NCBI RefSeq assembly: GCF_036321535.1
Contig: NC_087436.1
Span: 59,336,001-59,400,000, forward strand
DNA length: 64,000 nucleotides
Direction: 5' to 3'
Source: Camelus dromedarius
Taxonomy: Eukaryota
In this document: in pieces, positions 50,515 through 62,500 of the stretch
Position numbering within the stretch: the stretch's first letter is position 1
Layout: every line of letters begins with the position of its first letter
Translations under genes and position numbers: made by a program
The notes under the pieces: model-generated
What the model was told of the DNA's origin: nothing
The model's database searches: none
The model's input: only the letters and a program-made list of their open reading frames with translations

Positions 50515-50745
50515 AATGATAATAAAATTAGCTGGCACTTATATAAGTCCACCAGGTAAGACACTGTTTTAAGTTCTTTACATAGACTAACAAATTCTAT
50601 GGTTATAAAAGGGTTTTGAGTTAATTATTTTTATTGTATTTATTTTTTCATATGAAGAAACTGAGTCAGAAAAGTGAATGGGAGAGTAAGGCAACAAATG
50701 CAGACATCTGGTTCCAGAAGGTGTGGGCTTAACTTCTGTGTGCCA
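50515..50745 (-). mobile_element. MIR SINE
   Basis: AATTAGCTGGCACTTA...CACTGTTTTAAG...TATGAAGAAACTGAGTCAGA...TCTGGTTCCAGA. Confidence 0.65.
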
Positions 50746-51422
50746 GGGTACTTCTAAAGTCCTTATTAATATGATTATTAATATTCTAGAAGCCTTATTA
50801 GTATACACATTGATATTCTGCCTATTTTATCTTTCTGTCTTAAAGTTTTTAAAAAAAAAACCCATAAAGGCAAATACAGTTTTATAACAAGGTTAATAGG
50901 AATTAAAATATTATTTTGTACCACTTACGAGGTCCTAAAGATTCTATAATACGCTATTACAATACAATAATGAAGTTATTAGAAAATAGGAATACATTTT
51001 TACGTATTTTTGGAACAACTGACCTGTAACATTTTAAAGGCAATGCAGAAAATTCAAGAAAGTAAACCATGGTATTTTTTAAAAAGTTCTTAAAAAAAGT
51101 ACTCACCTACTCTTATACTTACTAAGGATTCCACAGAAAATTTGGACTTTTTGATACTAAAACCACATTATCTATTTATTAATCACTGTTGTTACATGAG
51201 AGTAGCTCATTAAGGCAACACATATTAAAAATTCTTACTGTCAACCTGTTACATGTAATGTACTAGGATAAGTGTAGAATAAATTATGAAAATCTCCTCT
51301 TTAAAGCTAGTACAAGAATATAAACAAAATTAACAAAATGGCAAAAATGACAATATAGCTAGGATACATTAAGTATTGTAAGAAGGTATAAGAGAGGAGA
51401 TTACTTCTGACTGGACATTTCT

Positions 51423-52190
51423 TAATTGAGCACACACTTTCTGAGGTACTCTATGACAGACACAGTTTGGGAAGACTGGGGATTCAGCAGTGAACAGAAG
51501 AAAGTCTTTGTGCTCCTGGATCTTACCGTGGATTCTAGTGACAGGAGAAAGACAGTAAAAATCATCAAATCTACAATGTGTAAAGAAATGATGTGTTCAC
51601 CTCTTAAGTAGGATAGTTGGGAAAGAGAAGAGAACTCCATGAAATGAAGAAATGGTCCCTGCAGGTATCGTTTAGAGAAAACCTTATTTAAATGAAGGAT
51701 AACAGCAGACTAAGAATGGCTAATTATAGTTGTTCTTATAAAGCAAAGTTCCATTTTTTTAAATTAAATGTAATTTAAGCAAAATCTTGAAGGATAAGTA
51801 GGATTTGTGCAATATATGGTAAGAAAAATAAATCACAAGGAGATGGTTTGGCATAAACAAAGGCAGGATGTTAAGAAACAAGGGGACCATTTGGGGAAGA
51901 GAATGTTATCTGGCTGAAGTGTAATATATGCATAGAAGGAAAGAGAATATGAGGCTGCAGGAAAGTTCAAACAAATTGTATGTTTATTCAGGAGTGGCAG
52001 TAGGAAAGGGAGTATGTATGTAAATTTAGAAGATAGAATTGATAAGATTCTGTGACTGGCTTGATTTGATGGCAAAGAAAAGATGAGGTCAAAGATAATT
52101 TTGAAGTTGGGACCTTGGTGACTTTTGAAAAATTTTGTTGTCATTGATAGGAAAACAAATCATAAGGAAGATGTGAACTGATAGGAAATG
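51423..52190 (-). mobile_element. LINE-2 fragments
   Basis: ATTGAGCAC...CTGGGGATTCAGCAGTGAACAG...GTCTTTGTGCTCCTGGATCTTAC (antisense L2 3' end), followed by a purine-rich L2-like body. Confidence 0.65.
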
Positions 52191-54087
52191 TTGAGAGACA
52201 ATACCCACTATATTAAAAACTTTCATAAATTACAATGGAAATTACGGCCTTCATGTTTGAATATTATATTGTATGTATGAATATATGTATAATGTTCTAT
52301 TATTTTGATTAAATGAAATAAACACAGGTAATTGAGAAACTCTGATGTATAAACATGCTTGAATTAAATAATAGAACAATCTGTAATTTCAAATATTACT
52401 AAACATTTATGTGAGAACAACCCACAAATGTATATGTACAGGACATACTGGGTAATTACTTAATTACTTAACGATATACCACTTCTTCAAGCTTAATTTT
52501 ATTACTTTAGAAGATACATTGAGGACTGAATAAGAAAAAAATATATATCATTTACATATCTAGGATGTGAGCAATGTGTAGACTGCCATATTTTGGAAGT
52601 AACCAAAAATCAAACTACAAAATATCAAGAAAGGTTTTTAAATTTGTATGCATGTCTAAAACACACTTCTGAATTGTGGAGAATTTAAATGAATGAAATA
52701 GTATCACTTGCCTAGTCATTTTTCCACTCACACACATATACACAATTATAATATTTGAAGAATTAAACAGGAAATATTAATGAAATAACATTTTGCCTAC
52801 ATTTTAATTTTATTTCATAACTCTGCTTCAATTCTGCTGAGTATATAGCAATAAACACAGAACACACCACACACACACAAAAACACACACTCACTAATAG
52901 AAGTGCTCCATACAATGAAACAGAGTGGTATCTGTTGAAAACTACCGTTAGGAAACAAAAATCCAACCTACTTAATAAAAAGTGGGAAGAATTTCCTTTC
53001 TTTTTTCCTCAAGTCATCCAAATAAATGATGGGAGGAATCTGAGATCAATTCTCATATATATGTGAAAGCATTTTGGCAACCATTTCATTTTTCTATCAT
53101 AGGGCAAATTCATCTCAAGGGCCTTTGGGAGCAGAAACAGGGCATTGTTAATGACAATGAGTTTAAGGAAAATCATAACCTGAGAGAAATTTATGTGTCA
53201 TGGAGTCATGGAAATGAGTAAACCCATGAAAGAAGTTCTGGTTTTGAAAATCTTGCATCTGAGAGACCTGTTCTTCACACAGAACCATAAACTCCACACC
53301 CTTCTGCTCTCTCACCCTCCCTAAAACACATACTATATGCCAAGAACTTTGCCAAGTCCTGAGGCTTAAGATGAATGGGAGATGTTCTCAGCCCTCAAGT
53401 TGCTGACAGTTCTAGCTAGCTGATGTGCCCAACACATCAAGTATCTGATACCCAGGAGAAGCTCAATACATCCTCGCTTACTTAATGAATGTTGATTATA
53501 GGGAAACTACCAAGACAACAAAAGTAGCCATGATTCAAATCTCAGGACCCAGAAAAGACTTCCTGGCAAAGATGAAAATTGATTTGTGAGGAAAGGAAAG
53601 GAGAGACTTCCAGACTAAAGTCTGAAGAAACAACCTAAGTAAAAGCCTGGAACAAAAAACCTAGAATATTCTGACTGATCTGCTCATTACTACGACCACC
53701 ATGTTAAGTATAAGGTTAAAATAAATCTGAAACACCTTTAGAGACAGAAAGCAAGACAATATTGAAGGGACATGGCCTAAAAAGCCAACCTTCTAGAATT
53801 GCTCACAGAAAATGAATCTTGGAGCTCTGGGGTTCTACCAACTTTTGTGCTTTAACAGTTTCTCTTTGATATCTTCTTTTGTAGACACAACTGCCAAAAC
53901 CTCCATCAACGAGAAAAGTTTTAAATTACTGAGAAAAGAGAAAGAAAGACATTTTCTTTCCCCTGGCTACAAAAACAGGACTGTCAACATTTTTTAAAAC
54001 ATGTGACACCTAAAATCACAGAAATAGCTTAAAAATGTCAACCAACTCAAATCTTCAAATTTTGGGGAAAAAAGTGAAATTACAACC

Positions 54088-56013
54088 ATTAATTTTTTAA
54101 ATATATGTTTTATTTTAGAACAGTTTTGGATTTACAGGAAATTTTCAGCTGGGTTGTTTGTGTCCTTATTATTGAGTTTTAAGAGTGTTTGCTATACTTT
54201 GGATATGAATGTTTTTTCAGGTAGGTACTTGCAAGTATTTTCTTCCAGTTTGCGGCTTGTCTTTTTAGTTTAAAAGTGTTCTTTGCAGAGAAGATGTTTT
54301 AATTTTAAGAAAGTTAACATATCCATTTAGTTCTTTCATGAACCACATGTTACTAAAACTCATCACAAGGAGATGAGTGGAGACTGAAGAAGATGGGAGA
54401 CTGAAGAAGACTCTGAACTCACATTCTCACATGAATACAAGTCTACAGCTACATGTGGATCATGTCCCTCTGAAAAATATCTGAAAACTAGATGAATGCT
54501 CTCCACAACAAAGAGTAAAAGTACACAGTGAGAACTTCAACAAAGAGAAAACATAAGAAAGAACCAAATAGAAGTCACAGAGCTGAAGAATACACTAATA
54601 ATTGGATCTCTGACACCATATTCAAAAATTAACTCAAAATGAATTAAAAGACTAGTATGTAAGACCTGAAGCCATAAAACTCCTCAGAGAAAACATAAGC
54701 AAGTAAGTTCCTTGGCATCAATCTTAGCAATGCTGTTTTAGATCTGACTGCAAAGGCAAGGCAAACAAAAGCAAAAATAAACAAACTAAAACTCTTTTTC
54801 ACAGCATGGAAACTAGCAACAAAACCAAAAGGCCGCCTACTGAATGGGAAAATATATTTGCAAATGACATATCTGATAAGTGGTTAATATCCAAAATATT
54901 CAAAGAACTCTTAAAACACAACATCAAATAAAAAAAAAACTTGATTATAAAATGTGAAGGCCTGAACATTTTTCCAAAGAAGGCGTACAGATGGCCAACA
55001 GACACATGAAAAGATGCTTGACATCATTAAATATCAGGGAAATGCAAATCAAAACCATAATGAGATGTCACCTCACATCAGTCAGAATGGCTATTAACAA
55101 AACAGATAATAATTAACAAGTATTAGCAAGGATATGGAGAAAAGAGAATCTTCATGCATTGTTGGTGGAAATGTAAATTAATATAGTCACTATGAAAAAT
55201 AGTATAAACATTCTTCAAAAGTTAAAAATAGAACTATCATACAATTCAGTATTTCAACTTCTAGGTATTTTTCCAAATTAAAAAAAAAACACTAATTTTG
55301 AAAAGATATATGCACCCCTATGTTCACTGCAGCATTATCTACAATAGCCAAGATATGGAACTATCCTAAGTGTCTACTGATGGATTAATAGATAAAAAAG
55401 ATACACACACAATTGAACACTACTCAGCCACAAAAAAAAAAAAAAAAAAAAAATCTTGCCTTTTTTGAGAACCTGGATGGACCCAGAGGATATTATGCCA
55501 AGTGAAGTAAGTCAGACAGAGAAAGAAATATACCACATGATTTCACTTACAAGTAGAATCTAAAAAGCAAAACAAACAAATCAAAACAAAATCCAGACTA
55601 AAAATAAGAGAACAGATTGGCGGTTGGCAGATAGGGGACAAGGATTAGGGGTGTGTAGAAAATTAGGTGAGGGGATTAAGTACACAATTCTAGTTATAAA
55701 ATAAATAAGTCCTGGGAATGTAACATACAGTATGGGAAATATAGTAAATAATATTAACTTTGTAAGGTGACAGATGGTATCTAGACTTACTGTGGTAACC
55801 ATTTCACAATGTATACAAATGTCAAACCACTATGTTGTACACCTGAAACCAACATAGTATTGTATGTCAATCATACCTCAAGTTAAAAAAACGACATCAC
55901 TAAACCTAAAATCATGTAAATTTTCTTGTTTCCTTCTAGAAGTTTTCAAGTTCCTTATGTCACACTTAGATGTATGATCCATTTCAAGTTAATTTTTGTG
56001 AAAGGTGTAAGAT
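54088..56013 (-). mobile_element. Old L1M fragment (54088-54354 plus 55901-56013) split by a nested plus-strand L1
   Basis: Antisense ORF2-like TTATTGAGTTTTAAGAGT...GCTTGTCTTTT...CTAAAACTCATCAC resumes after the insert as TAAACCTAAAATCATGTAAATTTTCT...TGATCCATTTCAAGTTAATTTTTGTGAAAGGTGTAAG. Confidence 0.8.
54367..55887 (+). mobile_element. L1 (L1MA9-like 3' end) with 5'UTR start, ORF1 sliver, late ORF2 and 3'UTR, two large internal deletions, TSD-flanked
   Basis: TSD AAAACTCATCAC (54355-54366) / AAAACGACATCAC (55888-55900). 5'UTR-like 54380-54525, ORF1-like GAGAACTTCAACAAAGAG...ACAGAGCTGAAGAATACA 54528-54600, ORF2 from ACACCATATTCAAAAATTAACTCAAAATG through to the 3' end. Confidence 0.85.
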
Positions 56014-56194
56014 CTGGTTAGAAGACTATAACCCTGAATTTTTAAAGTAAACCCAGATGAAGGCAAACAATGGCTGGAAGAAGACTAACTTGAACTAATT
56101 TTAGTATTTGTTCTTCCTCAATACTGAAAAGACAATCTCTAAAACTCTAAATTCTCTAACAGGTACAATGAGTTCTCAATGAATGGGATTTGCT

Positions 56195-56675
56195 TACCTC
56201 TCCAATTTCCTGGTATTCTCTGACCTACTTACTAATAACCTTCGAACTGATTAGCCACCATTCTAAATGCCGAATTTCTCACCTCAGCATCTTGATACAT
56301 TCCATTTCTTCAGTTTCAAATTTCCCTGTTTTTCAGATGCCTATTCCATTTTAAATTTTACCTCTGCTTGGAGATCTACATTAATTACCCACTAGTTTAA
56401 CGTACTTTCCCCTCTGTTAATATTCTTCATCAAACTGATTTTTCCCTTTACATCACTTATCAAGATATATAATTGCATGCACACATATACGCATAGTTTG
56501 TGTGCGTGTGTATGTGTATTAAATATACACAGAAACATACAAATTTGCAGGGAGTTTACTTCTAGACTAAAATCTCCATTATACTATGGGTAATGCTTTT
56601 TTTTATTATAATGTATCTACTTCCTAGCACCATACCTAACATGTTCTAGAACTTTGATAAATTTTTGTATAAGAC
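56195..56675 (+). mobile_element. LINE-2 3' region, degraded
   Basis: CTAGACTAAAATCTCC...TGTATCTACTTCCTAGCACCATACCTAACATG...ATAAATTTTTG. Confidence 0.55.
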
Positions 56676-57624
56676 TTGAGTTAATTCCCATTTCATTTTA
56701 AAGTGTAAAAGGAGCATGGATGTATAAATAAAATTTTAAAAGAAAAATGTGGAGGCATATTATGAAGATTAAATTAAAGAGAATGAGGAAATATGTAGTG
56801 TTAAGATAGTAATTATACCAAAAGTATAGAAAAGGTATTCCATTAATAGAGATTTAACAATATATTACCGTTCTAAAATGGGTGTGTTGCAGTAACCATT
56901 ACCCAAGAGAAAAATGAATACCCTCAAAATATTTTCTAATTCAGTGACAAGGCCACACAGCTTTACTATAATCACACTGATATGCTTTCATGAGGATATT
57001 ATTAATAAAAATTATTCTCTATGTGTCTTGACTTCCCTTACAAATAGATTTTTTTTTGTTATGCTCATTAATTTACAGTCAGTGAAATGCTTTAGCACAG
57101 AAAACCATGGGAACAAGACAGATAATAATATCTCATAATGACAGATTAGAAGTTCTCAAATAGAAACTACAATGAATCGTGTTATGTATTAATATTAGAT
57201 TATACTTATGACAAAATTCCCAATATTGAAAATCTTGTAAAATGCCATTACCTGAATGTTTAATAATTTTCTTCTAGTTGGAAGGAAGAATTTCTTTTCA
57301 TATGGCATGTTAGAAAATGGCCATTCAGAATTTAAGCTTTTGTTATTTTAAACACTACTACTCATTTATAAACAAATTTTCAGAAGCAATGCTTTTCACC
57401 TGCATCTCTGAAACTCTTCTGAGAGCTGTCATTTTTGGTGTAGGTACAGCTTCTCAGAATTATTCATCAATATGACACTTATGAAATATTTCATAAGTAG
57501 CAAGAAGATTCCTCACAGGGCAATGTCTGCAACTTACCAGAGAACTTAAGAAGCTTCTGTCTTCACAATATGACACATCTAAATGTGGCTAGAACTTGTT
57601 CAGGTATTCTCTAAAGGTGCATTA

Positions 57625-57862
57625 GGAGAGGCAGTATGGTTAAACTTACACTTTAAAACCAGACTGTCTGGATTTTCAAACCCCAATTTTCCTATTCACG
57701 AGCTGTGTGACCTTGGGCATATTACTTAATTTCTTTGTACCTCAGTTACCTCATCCATAGGGTGGAGCTAATTATAATGTCTGTGATGATTAGATGAGTC
57801 AATCATGGAAGATGCTTAATACAGTATCTAACATGCGTAGTATTCAGGAAATGCTAACTATC
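57625..57862 (+). mobile_element. MIR SINE, near full length
   Basis: GAGGCAGTATGGTTAA...CAGACTGTCTGG...GCTGTGTGACCTTGGGCATATTACTTAA...CCTCAGTTACCTCATC...GCTTAATACAGT. Confidence 0.85.
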
Positions 57863-58034
57863 CACCTCATCAGCCTAACCAGGGCACCAGAATTTGAAAC
57901 AGCATGGCTAGAGGGGCCCACTGATACATATTCAGGACAGTATGATTACTGGATTCTCTCATTTAATGATTATAAATTAAAATTATAATAATAACACAGA
58001 GTAATAGAAAGACAAATAAAAGGAAGCAAGAGCA

Positions 58035-58568
58035 TGCATTAGATTTCTATTTCTGTGTAACAAATCACCACAATTTTAGCAGGTTAAAAAACAAAAAGTT
58101 TTTATCTCACAATTTCCAAGTCAGGAATCTGAACTCTCTGCTCAGTCTCACAAGGCTGAAGGCAAGGTGTCAGCTGGTTGCATCTGCATCTGTAGATTTC
58201 TAAGCTTCCTCTGTTTTTTTTTTGAAAACTGCATTTCCTTGCAGCCATAAAACTGAAGCCCCCATGTATTTGCTATCTGTTTGAGGACAACTCTGCTCCT
58301 AGAAGCCAATCTCAGGTTCTTGCTATGTGGCCCCCTCCATAGACCTTCTCATGCTTTTAATCTCTTAGGAAGGGCCTTAAAAGGGGTTTCTTCTACTGGT
58401 CAGGCCCACTCAGAATAAACTTCCTTGAGATTATCTCGAAGTCGCTGATAAATACCCCCATCATATGAGTGATATCCCCTCATATTCATGGTCCCGTCCA
58501 CACATAAGAGGAGGGGATGGTAGAAGGGCTTGGGTCATTGAGCTCGTCTTTGAATCCTGTCTACCACA
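58035..58568 (-). mobile_element. MaLR solo LTR (MLT1D/E-like)
   Basis: TGCATTAGATTTCTAT...GTAACAAATCACCACAATTTTAGC...TCTCACAAGGCTGAAGGCAAGGTGTCAGC...GAATCCTGTCTACCACA. Confidence 0.85.
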
Positions 58569-59541
58569 CTGTGTGAAAGAAGCATTGTGACCATTTTAAT
58601 TGCCTCTCTCTTCCCAGAGATAGCTTGACACATCATACACATTCAAGAGGTATTTTTGAGTGCATGAATATTAACTCAAATGTTAGTTGGCCCTTCTTTG
58701 AGTGCTTTTAGTGTTTCCAAATAAATTTACTCATATACAAGCACTGATCAGCATGGCAGAATTTACTAAAGGTTCCACAGGAGAGACGAAAGAGATCATT
58801 CATATTGCACACTTCATAGTGAACTAAAGATTCCCTTCCCTCTCAGTCTCCGCCTGCCTCTTCTCTCTCTCTTCCCTCCATGCCTTCTTTCCCTCCTCCT
58901 CTCCCTTCTTTTCAGTTCTGTCAATTTCTTTCATGTAATTCAATGGCAATTCTCTTCCCTTACACTCCAAAACATGACTTGGCATTGCCTTATTGAGTTT
59001 CCCCTGAACCTTCAAGTATCTTCATTAAATAAATCAGTTTGCTCTACCTTAGCCCCTACTTTCCAAAGCCCCAATAAGGACAACAAGAAATGAGTTAAAG
59101 TGAAATTAAAAAAAGTAGGTATCAGTGAGATGCACTATATACCACATAGATTTACAAGGATGAAAGAATTTTGACAGAGAAATTAAAAACATATCAGGCC
59201 TTTTTTGTCTAATATAGGAAATACATTATGAGCAAGTTTCTTACTGGATGACAGGTCTTTCCTTTGAATCTTAACACTTAATTAATTCTTTTTAAGCTGT
59301 CTCTTTTTCTGGGGTTGGGTAAGTAGAGGAATAGAAAGAAAACCAAGTTTATCTGTATGACAAGTTATATCAAGATAAATTTTATATTTGGTAATACCTT
59401 CTCAAGTTTGCTGGTTTTCAGAAATTAAATGCAAAGAAATCAGTAATATTTCTTTCACTCATTACAATAGATGTCAAAATATCTTTTCTTAAAGCATGAA
59501 AAAAAGAATTCTAATTTGTATCAAAATACAGAGTTTACAGG

Positions 59542-59574
59542 TTTTATACCTGTCAATTCTTGACAGGTATAAAA
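59542..59574. repeat. Perfect 15-bp inverted repeat with 3-nt loop
   Basis: TTTTATACCTGTCAA-TTC-TTGACAGGTATAAAA. Confidence 0.97.
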
Positions 59575-62500
59575 ATAATCAGGAAAGAAAGGACACATGA
59601 TATTCATTGATTTTTGTTATGATAAAACAATTAGTTTTATGCTAAATATGATGGACTTGTAACCTACAAAGAAAGTAAAAATCTTCAATTTAAAATGATT
59701 CAGTTATAATTTTACATGACTCAATAGTCTAAGTCCAAATAAAAATATTCAAGAATAAAGTTAAAAATCCTTAACCTAGAATTCCAAGTCCTACAAAACC
59801 TAATGTGTCTGGTCTTGCTTAATTGGTGACATTGCAAAGTTTAAACCAACTAACTGGATTGTTTACTCCTTTATTTAAATAAAACCTGTATGTCAATTTA
59901 GCTTATACTTACTGCTTTCTCAAAATCCTTCAAATTGCTGGCCAACTGGAAGTCTTCTATTACTCTTTGAACTTCTATATCAACTATTATATTTCTTAAG
60001 TAAAAAGTATTATATATTGACTTCTAAATTTACATATCTGTATGTGCTCTCTCTCCTTATAATTTATAGAATAAACTCACAAAAACTAGGGAGTGTGTCC
60101 TACAACTTTACATACATACTGATTAAATAAATATGTATTGAGGAGCCATCACTTGTTAGGTAGGAATAAAATTTAAAATATACTATCTCATTTCTTCAAG
60201 CTCAAAGCATACCTATTTCCAAGGCATACAGTATAATATTTTGCTAACACTCACTAAGTATTTTAATTAATGCACTAAAAATCATAGACACAAGTATGAA
60301 AATGAATTATTTTGGATAAACTTCTCCAGGGTTGCACTGAATACATTTATTTTTATAAAACTCAAATGACTCATTCTAATATGTAACGACGTTTAGTCTC
60401 TGTAAATCATTTTACCATCTGTTTATCTTTATAAACTTCTTCATCTCGAGTGATAATGGATTATAATTGTTTCTATGGACATGTTTACTAAAAATTGGAC
60501 TTATAAATACATCTAGGATTGTCCATGCATGCTGAAATTCTCTTAGAAAATGGGTCAATGCAAAAGTTGTGATGTTGCATCAGTTTAAAACTACAGTCAT
60601 CTTTGGCAGAATTTTGGCATTTTATACATTTTCCTCTCTGGCTCCTTAAAGTACCACAGTTGAACAATGACCAAGTTAAACAGCATAAGATTTGGATTTA
60701 AACTCAGGTCTCTTAACTGTATCACTATGGGTTCATCGTGAACCAGTTTATTCTCCTATAACAGACACATTTTGAACTCAATGGTTTATAAGATTAGTTC
60801 CCAAATTATAAAGCTGATTTAATGATATTAATGCAGTTCCAGGCTGAGGACTAAATACTATCCTATGTTCATAGTAAGAGAAGTGATATTTAATTGACTT
60901 GGGATTTTTACTTCTCTAGAGACAAAAGCAATCATGTAACTTGTTTAAACTCTGAAGTTCTGGTTTCATTTCAGCCAGTATTATCCATGAGTAAATGTCA
61001 TTAAAAAAAAATTACTAGCATGACAGCCTTCAGAGTAATGTTGACAAGTCTCAGACTTCAAGTTGTAAAATCACATACTGTGGATGAGATTAATTATCTA
61101 CAGAATTCCTTAGGGCAGTACTTCTCAGAATGTTGTCTCTAGTTCCCTCATGAGAACAACCAAATCTGGAACAAGTTCCCTAGTGAATTGAATCTGAGAA
61201 GCCAGGCTCTTGGAGAAATGACTGCCTCTTAAACCATGGCCGAAAGAATGATTCACATTATTAATTTCATCAAAACCTAACCTAGGTAAGATAAAAAAGT
61301 AATCAACTACATGCTCATATCTGAATAAGAAGGATTTCAATAACTGTTCAACCGGAATCTAGAAAAAGGGAAACCTCAGGAGAATACAGTTAATAGGGGA
61401 GGGTTCTGAGGTAGTTAACCAGATGATTTTGTAATTATAGTTTATTTTGCAATTATATTCCGCAGTGGAGAGGAGTCATGAGGTTTTCATAGCACAATGC
61501 AGTAGCCTTTAAGTTCACCCAATTTACCCAGTTACTTCTCCTTATTGTGACTCAGTTATCACCTAATACACTTTTAGACTTTTCTACAGAACAGAATTTG
61601 CTACAGAGCCTCTTCATCCTAGCAACAGTATTTTTTATAAGCCAATAAGCTATTGCTCTGGTTTAGATTTCCTGTAAGTTTTGTTATCAGTAATCAATCA
61701 CCAAAAAATTCTCTGAAAATGCTTACAAATTGGAAGATTTGAACAGGGACAATGAAATTCTATTAAGGCAATTTCCCCAAGTAAGGCTTTGCTTTCTCTT
61801 ATAATTTAATCTTTCACTAAGTGCACCTGTTTTAGCTTGACTCAATATCCAGATCTACTCAATGTCCTCAAACATTAGAGAAGAACTTCTATATTCTCTC
61901 TTACCCCAACCCTACTAAGGATAAAAATATCATCACTATTCTTTTATTCTATAAAAACCTGTTTTTATTTCCTTTCATACATAGTAGGGCCCCCAGTCTT
62001 TAAAGTTGGCAAGAAATATAAATAATTTTTGCATAAACTAGATGTCACTAGGTTCACTTCTGTATTATAATTGCTGGCTTTACAAAAGACTATCTGACTT
62101 TTGAGATTCTAGATTTTAATTCACTTTTAGGCCCTTGTTTTGTTATGACATGTTAGTAACTGCCTTGCTTTTAGCCCCAGATAAATAGAGTCCCAGTACC
62201 TTCTTGACTAAGGTCCTCTTATCTTCAGTTTATGAGCCATTTCCTAATTCTCATTCTCAGATGAAAGCATCTTCAGACTGATTCACTTTATGCTGTAACA
62301 AAGAATTCCATGAAAGCACTATATCCTTTTATCTTTTGGTAAGAACATGATTGCAGGCTAAACTACAAATGTTTGAGACTCATTTGTTCACCATCAATGG
62401 TGATTTATGTCACCCTCCTAAAAGGCACATTCTTATATGGTCTATATTGCCCAACTATTTGGGGAAAGTACATCACTTATATGGCTGAAGGGGCATCCAG

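Noticed and set aside
58830..58920. Long polypyrimidine tract ending in TTTTCAG as a plus-strand splice acceptor
   Set aside because: No convincing downstream exon or donor. More simply a CT-rich low-complexity tract.
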